Assembly: GCA_016867495.1 (NCBI GenBank)
Contig: VGJL01000002.1
Coordinates: forward strand, 11,185 to 75,184
Direction of reading: 5' to 3'
Origin: Candidatus Eiseniibacteriota bacterium
GTDB taxonomy: Bacteria; Eisenbacteria; RBG-16-71-46; CAIMUX01; VGJL01
DNA: 64,000 nucleotides
In this document: in pieces, positions 50,753 to 59,465 of the stretch
How the letters are laid out: the number at the start of each line of letters is the position of its first letter
How positions within the stretch are numbered: position 1 is the stretch's first letter
Translations under genes and position numbers: made by a program
The notes under the pieces: generated by a model
Told to the model about the DNA's origin: nothing
Seen by the model: only the letters and a program-made list of their open reading frames with translations
Database searches by the model: none

Positions 50753-51386
50753 GCGTCGGCTCCTCCACCTCGAACTCCTGGCTGGCGTCCCATTCGTGCG
50801 GGATCTGATCCTCGAACCATGTGGCAAAGTCGGGGAACCGCCATTGCGATCCGCATCCCAGGAAGATCTCATCGCCTAGGCGCCCCCATTTCGGAGGCAA
50901 TCGGGTCTCGCTCGTTGCCAGGGCCTGGATCCCCATCCAGAACTTGCCCGGTTCGAGAGGGATCGCAACCTCCAGGTCATACCTGTAGCAGGGGAGCTCG
51001 TCGGGATCGTTGCCGATGAAGGTCCCCGGGAGCTTGATCCCCAGGAACTCCGCCAGGAGACCCGTTGGAGTGCAGACCAGATCGCCATAGAAGCGGACAT
51101 TGAACACGGCGCTGTCGGGGTAGGTCGGCCGCCGCTCCATGTAGCCGCCCCACCAGGTCGCCTTGATGATCGTGCAGGTCGATGTGACCTCGCACTCGTT
51201 CGCGACCTCGATCGAGTCGCTGGGGAACTTCGCGCTCTCGGGGATTCCGCGCTGGCTGCAAATGACGTCCCGCGGCGACCAGCGATCGGGCCCTCGCGGC
51301 GCCGCGGGCTCTCCCTCGGCTCCAGCGCCGGCGACGCCGCCGGCGACAAGCAGACCCACTACACATACGCATGCGCTCTTGGACAT
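50706..51386 (-). CDS. Secreted Cys-containing protein with a C-terminal ...STSWGALRGLYR tail
   Basis: 226 aa. AGGAGG SD. Signal peptide MSKSACVCVVGLLVAGGVAGAGA. The C-terminal region resembles that of the 53227..54237 protein. Confidence 0.6.
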   Translation of the reverse strand: MSKSACVCVVGLLVAGGVAGAGAEGEPAAPRGPDRWSPRDVICSQRGIPESAKFPSDSIEVANECEVTSTCTIIKATWWGGYMERRPTYPDSAVFNVRFYGDLVCTPTGLLAEFLGIKLPGTFIGNDPDELPCYRYDLEVAIPLEPGKFWMGIQALATSETRLPPKWGRLGDEIFLGCGSQWRFPDFATWFEDQIPHEWDASQEFEVEEPTPARSTSWGALRGLYR

Positions 51387-51589
51387 GGCGATGATCCTCC
51401 TGCGGGCGGGCTTTACGGACGGACAGACGACTCAGAGAGGCGCGGGATCATTATCGCACAGAGAAGCCTGGTTCTCAAGCCCTGCCGGGTTCCTGCCGGA
51501 TTCTCCGGACGCCGCGGCCGCGCGCGGCGCTCCCCGCCGCCCGGGAAATCCGTCTCGCCACGCGGCCGGCTCCAGGGCATCATGACGCC

Positions 51590-52762
51590 ATGCATGCTCC
51601 TCCGTCCCCGGCGCCCGCGCCCCACGTCCTGGTCCTGATCGACCATCTGAACCGGGAGAGGGGGGGGGCGGAGAACCAGGCGATCCTGCTGCTGCGCGGC
51701 ATGCCCCCCGAGAAGGCCCGGATGCGGGTCGCCTACTTCGCGGGGCGGAGCGAGGACATCGAGGCCGTCGCCGCGGCGGGGGTCGGAATCGATCTCCTGC
51801 CCTCCGGCCCGCGCCGGCTCTGGCCGATCTCCGTTCTCCGCAAGGCGAGCGGGATCGTCCGCAGGCACCGGATCCAGGTCGTGCAGACCTTCCTCCCCTC
51901 GCTCGACATCCTCGCGCCCGCGCTGCGTCTCCTGCATCCTTCCCTCAGGATCTCGACCAGCCGACGGTGTCTCGACAGCTATCTCCCCGCGCGGCATCTC
52001 CGCCTTCTTCGCTTGAGCGGGCGCTTCGCCCATGCCATCGTCGCCAACGCGAGGGCCGTGGCGGAGAGCGCGCGTGTCGAGGAGGGAGCAGCGGAGTCTC
52101 GGCTGCGCGTCATCCCCAATGCCATCGAACCGTCTCCCGCGCCGGATCCGGTCGAGAGGCGAGACGCCCGCCGCCGCTTCGCCATGAGCGACGATGACTT
52201 CGTCATCGCCTATCCCGCCCACTTCCGGGACGGGAAGGGGCACAAGCACCTTGTCGATCTCCTGCGGCGGCTGCTAGAGAGGGCTCCACGAGCCCTTCTG
52301 GCGGTCGCGGGGGACGAAGAGGGCGAGCCCGACTGCGTCGCGAACTCCGCCCTCTTCCGCGCGGAGGTTCGACAGTCGGGCCTCGAGAACCGGGTCCGGA
52401 GACTCGGCCTGTTGCCCGGAATCCGTCCGCTGCTCGCCGCCGCCGATGTCGCCCTGAACCTCTCGGAGACCGAAGGGATGAGCAACACGATCATGGAAGC
52501 GATGGCGGCGGGGCTCCCGGTCGTCGCGACCCGGGTGGGCGGGACGCCGGAGCTGATCGAGGATGGGAGGGAGGGTTGGCTGATTCCAGCCGGAGATCTC
52601 TTCCTTGGAGCCGACCGCCTCGCCCTCCTCGCGGGGGAGCCTGAGGCCAGGAGGCGGATGGCCGCCGCGACCCGGGAGAGGGTCCTCAGGGACTTCTCGG
52701 TCGCCAGGATGGCCGATTCCTATGCCGCTCTCTATCGGGGTCTGCTCGAGCCCCGGAGCTGA
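51590..52762 (+). CDS. Glycosyltransferase family 4 (GT-B)
   Basis: 390 aa. VLVLIDHLNRERGGAENQ N-terminal domain. C-terminal LNLSETEGMSNTIMEAMAAGLPVVATRVGGTPELIEDGREG. Confidence 0.85.
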   Translation: MHAPPSPAPAPHVLVLIDHLNRERGGAENQAILLLRGMPPEKARMRVAYFAGRSEDIEAVAAAGVGIDLLPSGPRRLWPISVLRKASGIVRRHRIQVVQTFLPSLDILAPALRLLHPSLRISTSRRCLDSYLPARHLRLLRLSGRFAHAIVANARAVAESARVEEGAAESRLRVIPNAIEPSPAPDPVERRDARRRFAMSDDDFVIAYPAHFRDGKGHKHLVDLLRRLLERAPRALLAVAGDEEGEPDCVANSALFRAEVRQSGLENRVRRLGLLPGIRPLLAAADVALNLSETEGMSNTIMEAMAAGLPVVATRVGGTPELIEDGREGWLIPAGDLFLGADRLALLAGEPEARRRMAAATRERVLRDFSVARMADSYAALYRGLLEPRS

Positions 52763-53068
52763 CCCGGCGCAGTCGCTGCGCGCAAGCGCGGCGCCCGATC
52801 ATGAAGAGAGCAAAGGATTCCATGGCAGCGAGTTAGAAGATGCCACGACAGGGGTCTGCGCGCAGGGGGGTCGCACGGGCGTGGGCTGTCCGACCTTTCC
52901 GGACTCGCCCTGCGACCATCCGGCCTGATGCGTCGCGCCCCGGTCCGCAAGTCGAGCCGCGCCGGAACGGACGGTTTTCCGCTTGGTACCCGCTCCGATC
53001 CGGCCGAAGAGCACATGGAGGCCATGGCGGGCCGCGGGGAGATTCCGAGATGGACGCCACGAAGGTGC

Positions 53069-53097
53069 TTGACGATCGGCGAATTGGCTGGTAGTAT
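53069..53097 (+). promoter_or_regulatory. Near-consensus sigma70-like promoter about 130 nt upstream of the Cys-rich secreted protein gene
   Basis: TTGACG (53069-53074), a 17-nt spacer, then TAGTAT (53092-53097). This implies a 5' UTR of about 125 nt before the GGAGGA SD and ATG 53227. Confidence 0.45.
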
Positions 53098-53226
53098 TCG
53101 TACTTGCATGATGATGCGTCGCGTGGGGCCAGATTCCTGAAGGGGCTCGGGGGATCCGGAGAGACATCCGGCGGCGCGAGTCCGCGGACGACACGAACCC
53201 CAACAACGAATGGAGGATTCTCAGCT

Positions 53227-54237
53227 ATGCGTTGGTTGTTAGTTCTTGCTCTGATGGTTGCCTTCGCTGGGTCGGCTCTGGCCGCGATCCACACGAGCAA
53301 CACCGAGGTTCTCGGTCCGAAGGGTAGCGGCAACGGCGCTTCCGACGGTCGCGAGGGCGGCGAGACCTGGTACGACGCGGTGGTGATCGGTGGTCTTCCT
53401 TACACCGATACCGGCGCGACTTGTGACAACGTCGCCGACATCTCCACGACCTGTGGTGGCGGTGGCACTGCGCAGGATGTGGTCTACATGTACACTCCCG
53501 CGGCCAACGTTACCGTCACTGTCAGCCTCTGTGGCTCCTCGTACGACACGGTCCTCGAGGTGCAGCAGGGTATCGGCGTTGCAATCGCTTGCAACGACGA
53601 CTACTGCGGTCTGCAGTCCGAGATTCAGGGCCTCGCCCTGCTCGGCGGCACGACCTACTACATCATCGTCGATGGCTACGGCACCGGCTGCGGCAGCTAC
53701 ACGCTCAGTGTCACTGAGCCCGTTGTCCCCGTCCTCGAGTGCCCCACCGGCGCGCTCCTCGAGGGCGAGCCCGATTGCTACGACGAGTACTACGACAGCT
53801 ACAACGGCGGCTGCAACAGTGTCGGATTCCCCGAGATCTGTCCGCAGTCGGGGAACAGTGCGACCATGTGCGGTAAGAGCGGGACCTACTCCTACCAGGG
53901 TAGCAGCTACCGCGACACCGACTGGTTCACCTGCTACGGCGCCGGGATGACGGCCACGCTGACCTGCGTCGCCGAGTTCCCGCTGCAGCTGATCTTCATC
54001 TACGGTGCCGACTGCAACAACCTGCAGTACACCTACACGACTGCGCAGCCGATGGTGCCGGCTACCCTTAGCTGGTTCATGGCTCAGGGCGTTCCGTTCT
54101 GGCCGTGGATCGGTTCGTCGCAGTTCACGGGCGTCCCTTGCGGTTCCGACTGGATCATGGATCTGGCGGGCATCTGGTGCCAGCCGACTGCCACGCAGCC
54201 GTCGACCTGGGGCACCATCAAGGGGCTCTACAAGTAG
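53227..54237 (+). CDS. Abundant-looking secreted Cys-rich protein with a pre-peptidase-C-terminal-like N-domain and a ...PSTWGTIKGLYK tail
   Basis: Trimmed to MRWLLVLALMVAFAGSALA (GGAGGA SD). More than 20 Cys. ...TYYIIVDGYGTGCGSYTLSV resembles PPC-type domains. More T-ending codons (GGT, GTT, ACT, GCT) than its neighbours. Confidence 0.7.
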   Translation: MRWLLVLALMVAFAGSALAAIHTSNTEVLGPKGSGNGASDGREGGETWYDAVVIGGLPYTDTGATCDNVADISTTCGGGGTAQDVVYMYTPAANVTVTVSLCGSSYDTVLEVQQGIGVAIACNDDYCGLQSEIQGLALLGGTTYYIIVDGYGTGCGSYTLSVTEPVVPVLECPTGALLEGEPDCYDEYYDSYNGGCNSVGFPEICPQSGNSATMCGKSGTYSYQGSSYRDTDWFTCYGAGMTATLTCVAEFPLQLIFIYGADCNNLQYTYTTAQPMVPATLSWFMAQGVPFWPWIGSSQFTGVPCGSDWIMDLAGIWCQPTATQPSTWGTIKGLYK

Positions 54238-54279
54238 GATCTGAGTTCGCATAGCCTCGACTGGAGGCTGTGAAGATGC

Positions 54280-54307
54280 GAGGGCTGGGACCGGGGTCCC
54301 AGCCCTC
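54280..54307. terminator. Perfect 12-bp-stem hairpin between convergent genes
   Basis: GAGGGCTGGGAC-CGGG-GTCCCAGCCCTC, between the stop at 54237 (+) and the stop at 54331 (-). Confidence 0.6.
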
Positions 54308-54330
54308 AATCTATGTCCGGCGGGACGCGT

Positions 54331-57300
54331 TTATCTCTGAAGGATGAACTTGCGGGAGGCCCGCTCTCCTCCCACCTCGACCGTGAGGAAATAGACCCCG
54401 GAGGGGAGAGAGAGACTCGCGGCAGCCGCATCGGACAGGGACCAGTCCTGCTCGCCCGCCGTTGCTTCCTCATCGCGCAGGATGGTCCGGACGCGGCCGG
54501 TCACGTCGTGGGCCAGGATCCGCACGCGCGCCGGGGTCGCGAGGCTGAAGTGGAAGCGCAGCGGCCCGACGGAGGGGTTTGGGAAGGGACCGTCGATCCG
54601 ATGCCGGCGCGTGCGACCGGATAGGGATGCCGGGGTCGGCGGCATCGGCAGCTCGTAGCCGCGCGACGAGACCGCCACGACTCGATACAGGCAGCTCGGG
54701 CGCTCCATCGGCTCGACGAACTCGTTCTGTCGCTGGGGAGGGAGGAGGGCCCCGGTGCGGCGGATCCAGCTCGCACCCCCGTCGTCGGAGCGATCGACCG
54801 CGAACCCGGCCACGCGCGCCATCTGGCCGCAGCCCCAGGTGAGGCGGGCCACAGCGGTCTCGCCTCCCTCCTCCACCCGCACCACGACCTTAGAGTGGAA
54901 TCCCGAAACCTGCGGAAGGAAGTCCGCGATGTCGAGAGTCACCGCGACCTCGGCGCTGGGGGAGGACGGATTGCCCGAGACATCGCGCGCCGTGACCGAG
55001 TAGAAGTACTCGATCTCGGGAGAGGCGGTCGTGTCCAGGAAGGATGGAGAGAGCAGGCCCGGCACTGTCCAGACATCGGGAGAGCCCGTCTGGCGCCTGT
55101 GCAGGGCGTAGTCGGCGAAGTCGGGCTCGGCCGACGGGAACCAGGCCAGGCGAACGCGATCCCCCTCGTCCGCGGCGGCGAGGCCCATCGGCGCGGCGGG
55201 GGGGCTGGTGTCGAGAGGGAGGAAGGTCTGGGCGGCCGCGTCATTGGAGCAGCCCGATCGATTCCCCGCCTCGTCGGCCACGCGAATGGCGAAGTGGTGC
55301 TCCGTGTCGGACTCGAGCCCCGTGACGGTGAAGGTCTCGCCTGCTCCGGCCGGCGCGGGGAGCATGGCCACAGCGATCGGGATCGCGGTTTCCCAGTTCG
55401 ATTCATCGATTGGACTCACGGATCGGCGAAGCTCGTAGCGCGTCGCCTGCCCCTGGAGCCCATCGTCCCCGACCGCGGTCCATGCGATCTGTATTCGGGT
55501 CTCGTCAATGGCGGTCGCCGCGAGATTCGAGACGGCGGCGGGCGGAGTCGTGTCGATGGGATCTTCCTCCGGCGGCTCGGGGATTGCGTCCGTCGTCAGA
55601 TCCACGACATTGGAGACGGGAGACCAGTTGCCCGCCGCATCGGATGTCTTGAGGGCGACGAAGTAGCGGGTCGAGGGCGCGAGCCCTTCAATCCCCTGCG
55701 ATGCGGGCGACCCCGGCGGCCCAGGCGTCGGAAGCTCCGGCACGAGATCCGCGCCGCCCCAGGATTCCTCGTCGATCTCCTCGGTAGAGATACGCATCTC
55801 ATAGGCCGCGCACTGCCCGCCGTCGTCATCGGGGGTCGTCCAGGCCAGGAGGACCGAGACCGTGTCCAGGCCTGCGACCCGGAGGTCCTCGACGCGGTCC
55901 GGCGGCAGCGTGTCCGGCGACGGAGGAGTCGTGGCGTCGACCGACTCGGAGAGTGGCCCCAGATTGCCCGCGTCATCGATCGCGCGCAGGGCGAAGTGGT
56001 AGGTTGTCTCCGGCTCGAGATCCGCGACGCGGAGCGACTCCGGAGAACCGGCGCCCCGGCACGAGACGACCGGCAGGACTGGCGTCGCCGACTCCCAGCT
56101 TTCCGGGGTCACAGGGCTCCGCGCCCTGCGGATGTCGTAATGATCCGCTCCGCCCGGCGCGCCCGCGTCACTCGGCGAGAGCCATGTCAGGAGGACGCGA
56201 TCCGGAGCGATCGCCCGGGCGGCGATATCCGCGACCGGAGCGGGCGGGACGATGTCGGGGAGAACCTCCGGCTCGAGCGTGATGGCTTCGATCTGGTTGG
56301 AGATCTCCGACCAGTTCCCGCGGGGATCGCGTGAGCGAAGGGCGACATAGTAGCGCGTGGACGGGATGAGGTCTGCGATCGTGAGTCGTTGCTCGACGCC
56401 GGGGGAGGCGGGATCGGGGGCGCTTGCCGAGACGCCGGCCGCCCACCCGTCTCCATCGAGAGGAAAGGTCGAGAACCTGATCTCGTAGCGGTCCACCTCC
56501 GGCTCCTCGACGCAATCGTCGGGCACGCGATCCTCCGGCGCGCTCCACGAGACCTCGATTGTCGTTCGCGCGATCGCGCGCGCCTCGAGATCGGTGGTCC
56601 TGATCGGGGGAAGAGTGTCGGGGGCGGAGGTCGTCGTGACCTCGCAAACGGAAGCGAGCGATGACAGGTTCCCTTCTTCATCGAGCGAGCGGATTCCGAC
56701 GTGGTAGGTCGTCGCGGGAGCTAGCCCCTCGAGGAGGAAGCTCTCCTGCGCCCCGGGCTCGCCCGGATCGGGAAGGCCCTCGACGATGAGCCCCTCTTCC
56801 CATGTCTCTTCGGCCAGCCCCTCTGCCGAGAAGCGTCCCAGGTAGCCGGAGACCGGCTCGCCGGGCGTGTCGTCGCGCGGAGCCGTCCAGCGCAGGAGCG
56901 CGCTCCTGTGTCCGGAGGCGACAGCCTGAAGATCATCGATGCCGGACGGAGGCTCCGTGTCGGGAGCCGGCTCCGTGCCGGCCGATGCCGCGTTCGAGAG
57001 GGGGCTCCAGTTGCCCGCCTCGTCGCCGACGCGCAGGGCGAAGTGATACCGGGTGCCGGGGCTCAATCCCGTGACCACGAAGCTCTCCGGCGCTCCCGGA
57101 TTCGCGGGAGAGGGTTCGCCCTCGGCGCGGATGGCGTTGGGCCAGGTCGTCCCGTCGATCACCGTTGTGGCGTAGCGCAGATCGTAGCCGCTCGCGCGCC
57201 CCTGGATTCCGTCGTCACCGGTCGCGGTCCAGGCGAGACGGATCGACGTCTGGGTCGGCGACGAGGCCGCGAGGTCGTCCACGCCGGCCGGCGGAGTCGT

Positions 57301-57834
57301 GTCGGGGGGTTGGAGCGTCGTCGCCGAAGGGACGTTCGAGAGTCCGCTCCAGTTCGGGACCTCGTCGGCGACCTTGATCGCGAAGTAATATCGCGTGGCC
57401 GCCGCGAGACCCGGGACCGTGAAGGTCTCCGCCTCCCCGGCCGGCCGCGGCGCGGGCTCGCCGGTCGCGCGGGTGGCGCCGGCCCAGCTCGTCGCGTCGA
57501 TGGGGGAGGTCGAGTACCGGATGTCGTACTGCGACGCGCGACCCTGGTTGCCGTTCGCCCCGACCGCCGTCCAGCTCAGGAGGATGCTCGTCGCCGTGGG
57601 CGACCCCGCGGCGAGCGTTGTGACGGGAGAGGGCGGGGGATTCGATTGGCCGGCGGGGAGAATCGCGAAGGCTCCGCCTCCATCGGCCGGAAAGGCGATC
57701 GATCCCGCGGAACCGGACTGCAGATCGTAGCCGATCAGCTGCGCGTCCTGAGCGACGTCATAGCCGTCGCCGGGGACCAGACCGAAGATCAGATGGTTGA
57801 CCGTGGAAAGAGCCGGATGGGCGGAGAATGCCAA
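54331..57834 (-). CDS. Giant secreted protein with seven or more fibronectin-III-like modules and a FlgD-Ig/T9SS-like C-terminal domain
   Basis: 1167 aa. Seven modules share the ...W(T/S)A(P/T/V)GDDG...Y(D/E)(I/L)R(Y/F/R)S...W...GEP.P...G..E.F.V.GL...T.Y.FA...D..GN.S.LS pattern. The tail is ...LPSGVYFLTVEVGGERASRKFILQR. The signal-peptide-like sequence extends upstream of the first canonical start codon (see findings). Confidence 0.85.
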   Translation of the reverse strand: MAFSAHPALSTVNHLIFGLVPGDGYDVAQDAQLIGYDLQSGSAGSIAFPADGGGAFAILPAGQSNPPPSPVTTLAAGSPTATSILLSWTAVGANGNQGRASQYDIRYSTSPIDATSWAGATRATGEPAPRPAGEAETFTVPGLAAATRYYFAIKVADEVPNWSGLSNVPSATTLQPPDTTPPAGVDDLAASSPTQTSIRLAWTATGDDGIQGRASGYDLRYATTVIDGTTWPNAIRAEGEPSPANPGAPESFVVTGLSPGTRYHFALRVGDEAGNWSPLSNAASAGTEPAPDTEPPSGIDDLQAVASGHRSALLRWTAPRDDTPGEPVSGYLGRFSAEGLAEETWEEGLIVEGLPDPGEPGAQESFLLEGLAPATTYHVGIRSLDEEGNLSSLASVCEVTTTSAPDTLPPIRTTDLEARAIARTTIEVSWSAPEDRVPDDCVEEPEVDRYEIRFSTFPLDGDGWAAGVSASAPDPASPGVEQRLTIADLIPSTRYYVALRSRDPRGNWSEISNQIEAITLEPEVLPDIVPPAPVADIAARAIAPDRVLLTWLSPSDAGAPGGADHYDIRRARSPVTPESWESATPVLPVVSCRGAGSPESLRVADLEPETTYHFALRAIDDAGNLGPLSESVDATTPPSPDTLPPDRVEDLRVAGLDTVSVLLAWTTPDDDGGQCAAYEMRISTEEIDEESWGGADLVPELPTPGPPGSPASQGIEGLAPSTRYFVALKTSDAAGNWSPVSNVVDLTTDAIPEPPEEDPIDTTPPAAVSNLAATAIDETRIQIAWTAVGDDGLQGQATRYELRRSVSPIDESNWETAIPIAVAMLPAPAGAGETFTVTGLESDTEHHFAIRVADEAGNRSGCSNDAAAQTFLPLDTSPPAAPMGLAAADEGDRVRLAWFPSAEPDFADYALHRRQTGSPDVWTVPGLLSPSFLDTTASPEIEYFYSVTARDVSGNPSSPSAEVAVTLDIADFLPQVSGFHSKVVVRVEEGGETAVARLTWGCGQMARVAGFAVDRSDDGGASWIRRTGALLPPQRQNEFVEPMERPSCLYRVVAVSSRGYELPMPPTPASLSGRTRRHRIDGPFPNPSVGPLRFHFSLATPARVRILAHDVTGRVRTILRDEEATAGEQDWSLSDAAAASLSLPSGVYFLTVEVGGERASRKFILQR

Positions 57835-58223
57835 GGCTCCGCAGGCAAGGATGAGAGCGAGCCTCTTCCTCGTAGATCCTCCTTTGTGCCCTCGCCTTCC
57901 CGAGTCGATGGGGGCGCGTCGCCTGACCCACCCATCCCCTCCGCAGGTCCCGGCATCGCAAGGCGGGAGCCATCAAGAGCCGTTCGGGGCGGCTGTTTCC
58001 GGTATTCCGCAATTTGTTACGAGTCATTGGGTTGAGCGGCTGGCTGGGGCTCTGATTCGCCTGCGCGCGGCCCGGGATCGGATCCTTGGGATCTCGCTCG
58101 TTGCGATCCGGAATGAGGAGAGGGCAAGATGCATTGCACGCATCTCGGGCCTTCTTGGCCTCGGCGGCGGATGGACGAAGCGCGGCGGGGGATCGGATCG
58201 TCCCGATGGAAGGCGGATCGCCA

Positions 58224-59465
58224 ATGCGGATCGCAGTCCTCTATCAGTACTTCAAGACGCGCGAGGGATTCGGGAGCACGCGCTCCTTCGAGTTCGTCCG
58301 CCGCCTTCGCGCGGACGGGCACGAAGTGCTCGTGATCACCTCGACCGCGCGTCTATCCGGCTTCGCGGGCAGGCCGCGCTGGGGCGTACTCGAAGGGGAA
58401 GCGGACGGCATCCCGATCTGGGCGGTTCCGTCCGCCTACAGCAACCGGATGCGTTTCGGCCGAAGGGTGTTCGAGTTTCTCCGCTTCGCCGTCGTCTCGA
58501 GCATGGCGGTTCTGCGCGCGCCGAGACCCGATCTGATCTACGCGAGCAGCACGCCCCTCACCGTCGCGATCCCCGCCCTCGCGGGCCGCATCCTGAGGCG
58601 CCTGCCGCTGCTCTTCGAGGTCCGCGATCTCTGGCCCGAGGTGCCGATCGGGATGGGGATCCTGCGCAACCGGATCGCGATCGTGCTTGCGAGGGGTTTG
58701 GCGAGGGCGGCGTACCGGCGCAGCGCGCGCGTGATCGCTCTCTCTCCGGGCATGCGGGATGGCATCCTGCGCTACGGCATCGAGCCCGGCCGGGTCGCCG
58801 TGATCCCAAACGGGGCGGACCTCGACCTCTTTCGCCCGGACGTCGACTGCGGGGACCTGAGGCGCGAGCTTGAGATCGAGGACGCCTTCATGGTGGTTCA
58901 CACCGGGGCGATGGGAGTCGTCAACGGCCTCGAATTCATGATCCCTGTCTGCGAGCGGCTGGCGGCTCTCGATCCCCGCGTCGTCGTCTTCCTGGTCGGA
59001 GAGGGATCCCAAAGGCCGAGGCTCGAATCGCTCGCCCGCGACAGGGGGTTGGCGAATCTCCGGTTCTTCGGGCCTTTGCCGAAGACAGCGATCCGCCGAT
59101 GGCTCGCGGCCGCCGATCTCGGGCTCATGCTGATCCGACGGATCCCGATTCTCGAGATGAACTCCGCCAACAAGTTCTTCGACTACGCAGCCGCAGGTCT
59201 CCCCTGCCTGATGAACTACGGGGGATGGAAAGCCGAATTGCTGCGCCGCTATGACGCCGGAGAGGCCGTGGAGACGGACGATCCCGGGCGGTTCGCCTCG
59301 GCGATCTGCGGCCTATCGGCCGACCCGGAGCGGCTCCGGAGGATGGGCGAGAAGGCGAGGCGGATGGCCGAGGAGGAGTTCGACCGCGACCGGCAGTACC
59401 AGGCCTTTCTGGAGGTCGTCCGGGCGGCCGCGGGGCCGCCCGCGGGGTCAGCGGACGGCCGCTGA
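58224..59465 (+). CDS. Glycosyltransferase family 4 (WcaI-like)
   Basis: Trimmed to MRIAVLYQYFKTREGFGSTRSFEFVRRLRADGHEVLVIT. The N-terminal YF...G...R pattern is typical of WcaI-like GT4 enzymes. Confidence 0.8.
   Translation: MRIAVLYQYFKTREGFGSTRSFEFVRRLRADGHEVLVITSTARLSGFAGRPRWGVLEGEADGIPIWAVPSAYSNRMRFGRRVFEFLRFAVVSSMAVLRAPRPDLIYASSTPLTVAIPALAGRILRRLPLLFEVRDLWPEVPIGMGILRNRIAIVLARGLARAAYRRSARVIALSPGMRDGILRYGIEPGRVAVIPNGADLDLFRPDVDCGDLRRELEIEDAFMVVHTGAMGVVNGLEFMIPVCERLAALDPRVVVFLVGEGSQRPRLESLARDRGLANLRFFGPLPKTAIRRWLAAADLGLMLIRRIPILEMNSANKFFDYAAAGLPCLMNYGGWKAELLRRYDAGEAVETDDPGRFASAICGLSADPERLRRMGEKARRMAEEEFDRDRQYQAFLEVVRAAAGPPAGSADGR

Noticed and set aside
52763-53068. About 300 nt of unassigned sequence upstream of the promoter at 53069 (possible small gene or ncRNA)
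   Set aside because: Only an 11-codon ATG ORF and Arg-rich shadow ORFs are present. I see no convincing structure or motif by eye. An Rfam/covariance scan would be needed before claiming anything.
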